DNA of 64,000 nucleotides. Source: Candidatus Heimdallarchaeum aukensis. GTDB lineage: Archaea > Asgardarchaeota > Heimdallarchaeia > Heimdallarchaeales > Heimdallarchaeaceae. Of this stretch, positions 59,934-64,000 are shown in pieces (within the stretch, counting starts at the first letter, position 1; the number at the start of each line of letters is the position of its first letter). A model generated the notes under the pieces. It saw only the letters and a program-made list of their open reading frames with translations, did no database searches and was not told the DNA's origin. The stretch covers positions 1,120,001 to 1,184,000 of the forward strand of contig CP084166.1 of assembly GCA_021513695.1 (NCBI GenBank). Direction: 5' to 3'. The translations under genes were made by a program, and so were the position numbers.

Positions 59934-62900
59934 TGGAGTCCACGTTAGAGAAAATGGGTTTATCAAAAGAAGAAATAGAGGTTTACGCAAATATTGTTCA
60001 ATTTGGTTTCAGAACAATTGGGCAAATACAAGTATATACAAAAACAAATACTGAAACTATTGTACAAGCTTTAAATAAATTAGTAGAAAAAGGTTATATT
60101 AAAGAAATAAAACCAAGAAAGCCAGAAGGCACTTCAATATTCATTCCTCTTCCTCCTCAAATTAAACTTACAGAAGATGTGGCAAAGAGATTAGATAACG
60201 AATTATCAGCTCTAAGTAAAGAAGTAAGTGAAGATTGGAATAAAACAATCACTTTATTACGTAAAGAATTACTCTCTTTTCACGAGAATATATCTTCTAA
60301 CATTGGAGAACATAAAAATCATATTTCTGCTGATGCAAACAAATTTCACTCTAATATGAATGAACTTATTGATAAAAAGAGAACAGAGTTAGAAAACGCG
60401 ATTTCAAAAATTAACCAAGAAATAAAAACAATCCTAGAGACTGATGAAGAAAATCTCCAAAAATCTTCAGAAAGAGTAAAAGAAACAATAAATAATAGTT
60501 TTGATACTACTATTCACAAAATAGGTGAATTTCACGATAATTTCAAATCAAAAATTGAAGAAACATACCAAAAACTAGAAGATAAGCATAAAGAAAGAAT
60601 CGAGAAACAAAAAGAGAACATTCAAAATAAGCTTCAAGAGATCTCTGAATTAGCAAAGAGCAATCTTGACAAAAATTTAGCTGTTTTAGATGAAAATCAG
60701 GTAATTGTTAATGAAAAAACTTCTGATGTTTTTTCTGATTTAGCTGAAAAGAGTAACAGTGTTGGAAATAATAGCATTGAATCAACAAAGAAAACAATTA
60801 GCTCGATCATAGAGGAATATAAAGGAAAAATTAACCAATATCAATTAAATGTTAAAGAAATTTTAAGTTCTCTAAACGAAGAACTAACAGCTCTTGAGAA
60901 TTCAACGAATGACAACATTATTCAAACCATTACTCAAGCTAAAGATATCGCTATTTCTGTACTAAATGAGAATGAAAAACAATTCATAAAGTTAGTAGAA
61001 GACACAAAAACAAATGCAGTTCAGAAACTAAGTCAACTTATTTCTGAAACAGGAGAGAAGAATAACAATGCAAAAGAGGAATTAATCTCTGCATTAAAGG
61101 ATTATCTCTCCCAATTTGAAGAGAATAGCAAAAATCTTCTTGACTTACTAAAAAATGGAATAAACGCAGGTTTTGCTAATTTACAAGATGGATTAGAAAA
61201 ATCAATTACTCAACTCAATGAACAGATAACAGCTATGCAAGAAGACATAGAAGAATTTGTTGAGACATATATTGGCTCTTTATTCGAAGATATTGAAAAC
61301 ATTAAACAAACCATACTAACAAAATTAAATACAAATATTGAAAAGTTCTCAAAAGACACAACTGACAAACATAAGAAGAACAAAGAACTGATCGCAAAAA
61401 TAGAAAATGACTTCACTCAAGCTACTACTGATATTATTAAGAAATCAAATGAAATGATAGTAAGTGAAACAGAGAAAATATCTTCTGAAATAAAAGAAAA
61501 CAAAGAAAAACTGAAGGAAGAAAATACCTCTTTCCTTACAATAATTAATGAAAACATAGAGAGTTACAAGGACACACTTTCTGAAACTATGAAACAACTT
61601 TCTGAAAATAAGCAAGAGTTCAATTCATTCTTTGTAGAACACCTGGAAAACTTGAAAACTGAAGTAATAGAAAAAATAGAAGCTAATAAAGATACAAATA
61701 TCGAAAATATACAAAAGAAACTAGATTTAAAGAACGAAGAATATGCTTCAAAAATCAATGATTTTGTAGAAGAATATCTACAAAAGTCTAGAGATATAAG
61801 AGATGAAACACCAAATCTCGTTGAACTAGAATATACAAAGGCTTCTAACAAAATCAATGAACTAAGTTCTACTCTATCAGAACTTATCAGTGCCTTCACT
61901 TCTATGGTTAATGAGATTTATGAAAAAATAGATGAAAAAGCCGCCAACAAGTTATTTGGTAAAGGTGAAGGATTAAACTTCATTGATAGATTAGAAAAGA
62001 TCAAGAATGATAATCAAAACATAGCTGAAAAAGTAAAAACAGATCTTGACACACTTTATCGCACTTTTGAAAGTTCTAAAGAAAAATTAAGTGAAGATAT
62101 TTTTTACAAAATGAATAGACATATTGAATCCTTTACAAGTTATAACGAGGAAAATATTACAAAGTTTAAAGAATTCATGGAAAATACAAAGAAAGAAATT
62201 AAAGAAAGCTTGGATTCTGCAACAGGAGAATTAAAAAATAAGATAAACGTTGAGATGTCAGAATATAAAACAGCTTTTGATACACAAATTAATGATAAAT
62301 TCATAATATTATCTTCGTTAGTTGGTGAAGAAATAGAAAATAAAACAGAGGATTTACTTGAGATTGACACTTTAGAAGACTTTTTCACGAAGGTAAAAGA
62401 TGAAACCAGTACAAAAATTAAAGAATTTGTTAAAATGCTTGATTCATCACTTACTAAACAGGAAAAATCTTCTGATTCTTTGCACAAATCTTTAGTTAAA
62501 AAACTTGATGAATTACAGATACAATCTCTGAAGACACTAAATAAAGCTAAAATAGAGTTAGAAAAAGTAAATGATGAAATTACTACAGAGTCGAACTCTC
62601 TTCTTCAGACAACTGTAGAAAACATGGAACAAGATATTGAAAACACAATTACAGAGAGTAAGGAAAAAGCAAATGAAAAAGTGGCTGAAAAGAAAGAAGA
62701 ACTAACCAAAATTGTCACAGAGAGTATTGATGGTTTAGTAGAATCAAAGAATAGAATTCAAGCTGAAATAGAAAAAAGTAACAATGATGTTTTTGCTAAT
62801 TTAGATGATTCAATTGTTAAAAATATAGAGTCACATTCAGAGCTAGTAGACTCATTATCTAACAAGATGGACAATTCAATGGTAAGTTTACAAGCAGAAC

Positions 62901-64000
62901 TCGATGAAGCAAAGAAAGCTTTGGACACAGAAGTCAGTGATACTTTAGATAAAGCTTCTGAAGATTATAGTACTCATACTAACAAAGTCAACAAGGAAAT
63001 AGAAGAAAAGATCAATGAAAAAATAAACGAATTCAAAGAACAGTTTAGAGAAATCACTGCAGAGATTTCTGTAGATCCTGAGAAGGAATCACCTTTAGAT
63101 GAAACTACTTCAGAAATTATTGCTCAGTTAGAAAAAATAACGAAACAGTATCCTTCTCAAATGAAGAAAGAGAGAGATGAATATGTGGAAAAGATTAAAG
63201 AAACATTGTCTCAATTCCAAGAATCTACTCAAACTAAAATTGATACAATAATATCAAGTGTAAAGAAAGATGTGCAAAATGTTTTCGACTCTTCTTCTGA
63301 GTTCCTTGGTAAAAGTATCAATGAAATAGAACAAAGTTTTGAAAAAGAAGTAAACGATTATACTTTAGCGGTAAATTACGATGTTAATACACTTGTAAGT
63401 TCATCTGACAGCAATTCAGGAGCTCTGGTTACCAATATTCAAAGTACAAGAGACTCATTAATTGATACAATTGACGTAACAAACAAATCCATCGCTTCGA
63501 ATTTGGATACAATCGAAAAATCAACTAATGATGCTCTAGCTGTTTTTCTCTCATCTACTTTAGAACAATTGAAAGAGATTTCTCAAGGAACAGAGGAGAT
63601 TCTCAATCAAAAAGACGCTTATCTAAAAACAGTAGATGAATTTAGAGACAAATTCATTGAAACAAATACAAGTATTATTGACAAGGTTGAAAAAGATGTT
63701 TCAAAGACCTTAAAGACTATTCCTGAAAAGATCAAGAATGTTTTAGAAGCAACAGCTGATGCAATGGAATTAATGCGTAAGGTTCTATCTTTAGGAGCAG
63801 GAATTGAGCCTAAAGCAATTGAAGAAACCTGGGTAGTTTATGGTAAAGAGCAAGTAGATTCAGCTATAATGTCAATGTTTTCTCGAACAAAACGATCCTT
63901 AACTGCTGTAACACCTTACTTAAATTGGATGGACATCGAAACCTTGGAACAGGATGCTAATATTTCAAGAAAGAGGATTGAAATTATATCTGATATGGGT
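59934..64000 (+). CDS. giant coiled-coil protein with N-terminal TrmB-like winged-helix DNA-binding domain; over 1350 aa within the window, 3' end beyond the window
   Basis: Open frame from ATG 59934 to the window end (not in the ORF track because it has no stop). The N-terminus MESTLEKMGLSKEEIEVYANIVQFGFRTIGQIQVYTKTNTETIVQALNKLVEKGYIKEI matches the TrmB-type HTH. The remainder is continuous coiled-coil-like sequence. Confidence 0.6.

Noticed and set aside
1-64000. CRISPR array, rRNA, or cas genes
   Set aside because: No short direct-repeat/spacer periodicity and no rRNA-like conserved blocks were seen. The only repeats are the two IS copies, the 3-kb tandem duplication and a (GAAA)5 microsatellite.

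Overview
This looks like a ~64 kb chromosomal segment from a low-GC (about 30%) archaeon. The archaeal assignment rests on Alba, the archaeal tRNA-splicing endonuclease, NucS/EndoMS, two tRNA-Gln genes with the archaeal A1:U72 acceptor pair, many TTG/GTG starts and tight operons. I cannot place the lineage beyond this from sequence alone. Gene content, in order:
- An LVIVD-repeat surface protein.
- A Mn/Zn ABC uptake operon (znuA-like binding protein, DtxR/MntR repressor, permease, ATPase).
- NucS.
- Two unrelated solo-TnpB (IS200/IS605-family, IS1341-like) elements. One is present as a full copy plus a truncated copy at the window start and carries an in-frame TAG. The other interrupts a phzF-like gene with a junction that can be reconstructed to the base.
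- A bacterial-type glutaminyl-tRNA synthetase with an N-terminal YqeY/GatB-like extension, which is unexpected in an archaeon.
- A P-type cation ATPase, Alba and EndA.
- A CCG-domain Fe-S protein, FAD oxidase and GcvH-like cluster.
- UppP and a UbiA-family prenyltransferase.
- A KaiC-like ATPase, thioredoxin-like protein and biosynthetic arginine decarboxylase (speA) locus. It contains a perfect ~3.0 kb tandem duplication that creates a chimeric SpeA::KaiC-C ORF.
- An archaeal A24 prepilin/preflagellin peptidase and a SIS isomerase.
- An MMPL/RND exporter operon with a C-terminally anchored surface protein and a PIN-domain protein.
- The bacterial-type grpE-dnaK-dnaJ operon, M24 peptidases and MetAP.
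- At the 3' end, an operon of an Arch_ATPase-family P-loop protein plus a 479-aa coiled-coil protein and a giant (>1350 aa, truncated by the window) TrmB-like wHTH::coiled-coil protein. This last operon is the best candidate for an undescribed system.

No CRISPR array and no rRNA were seen.
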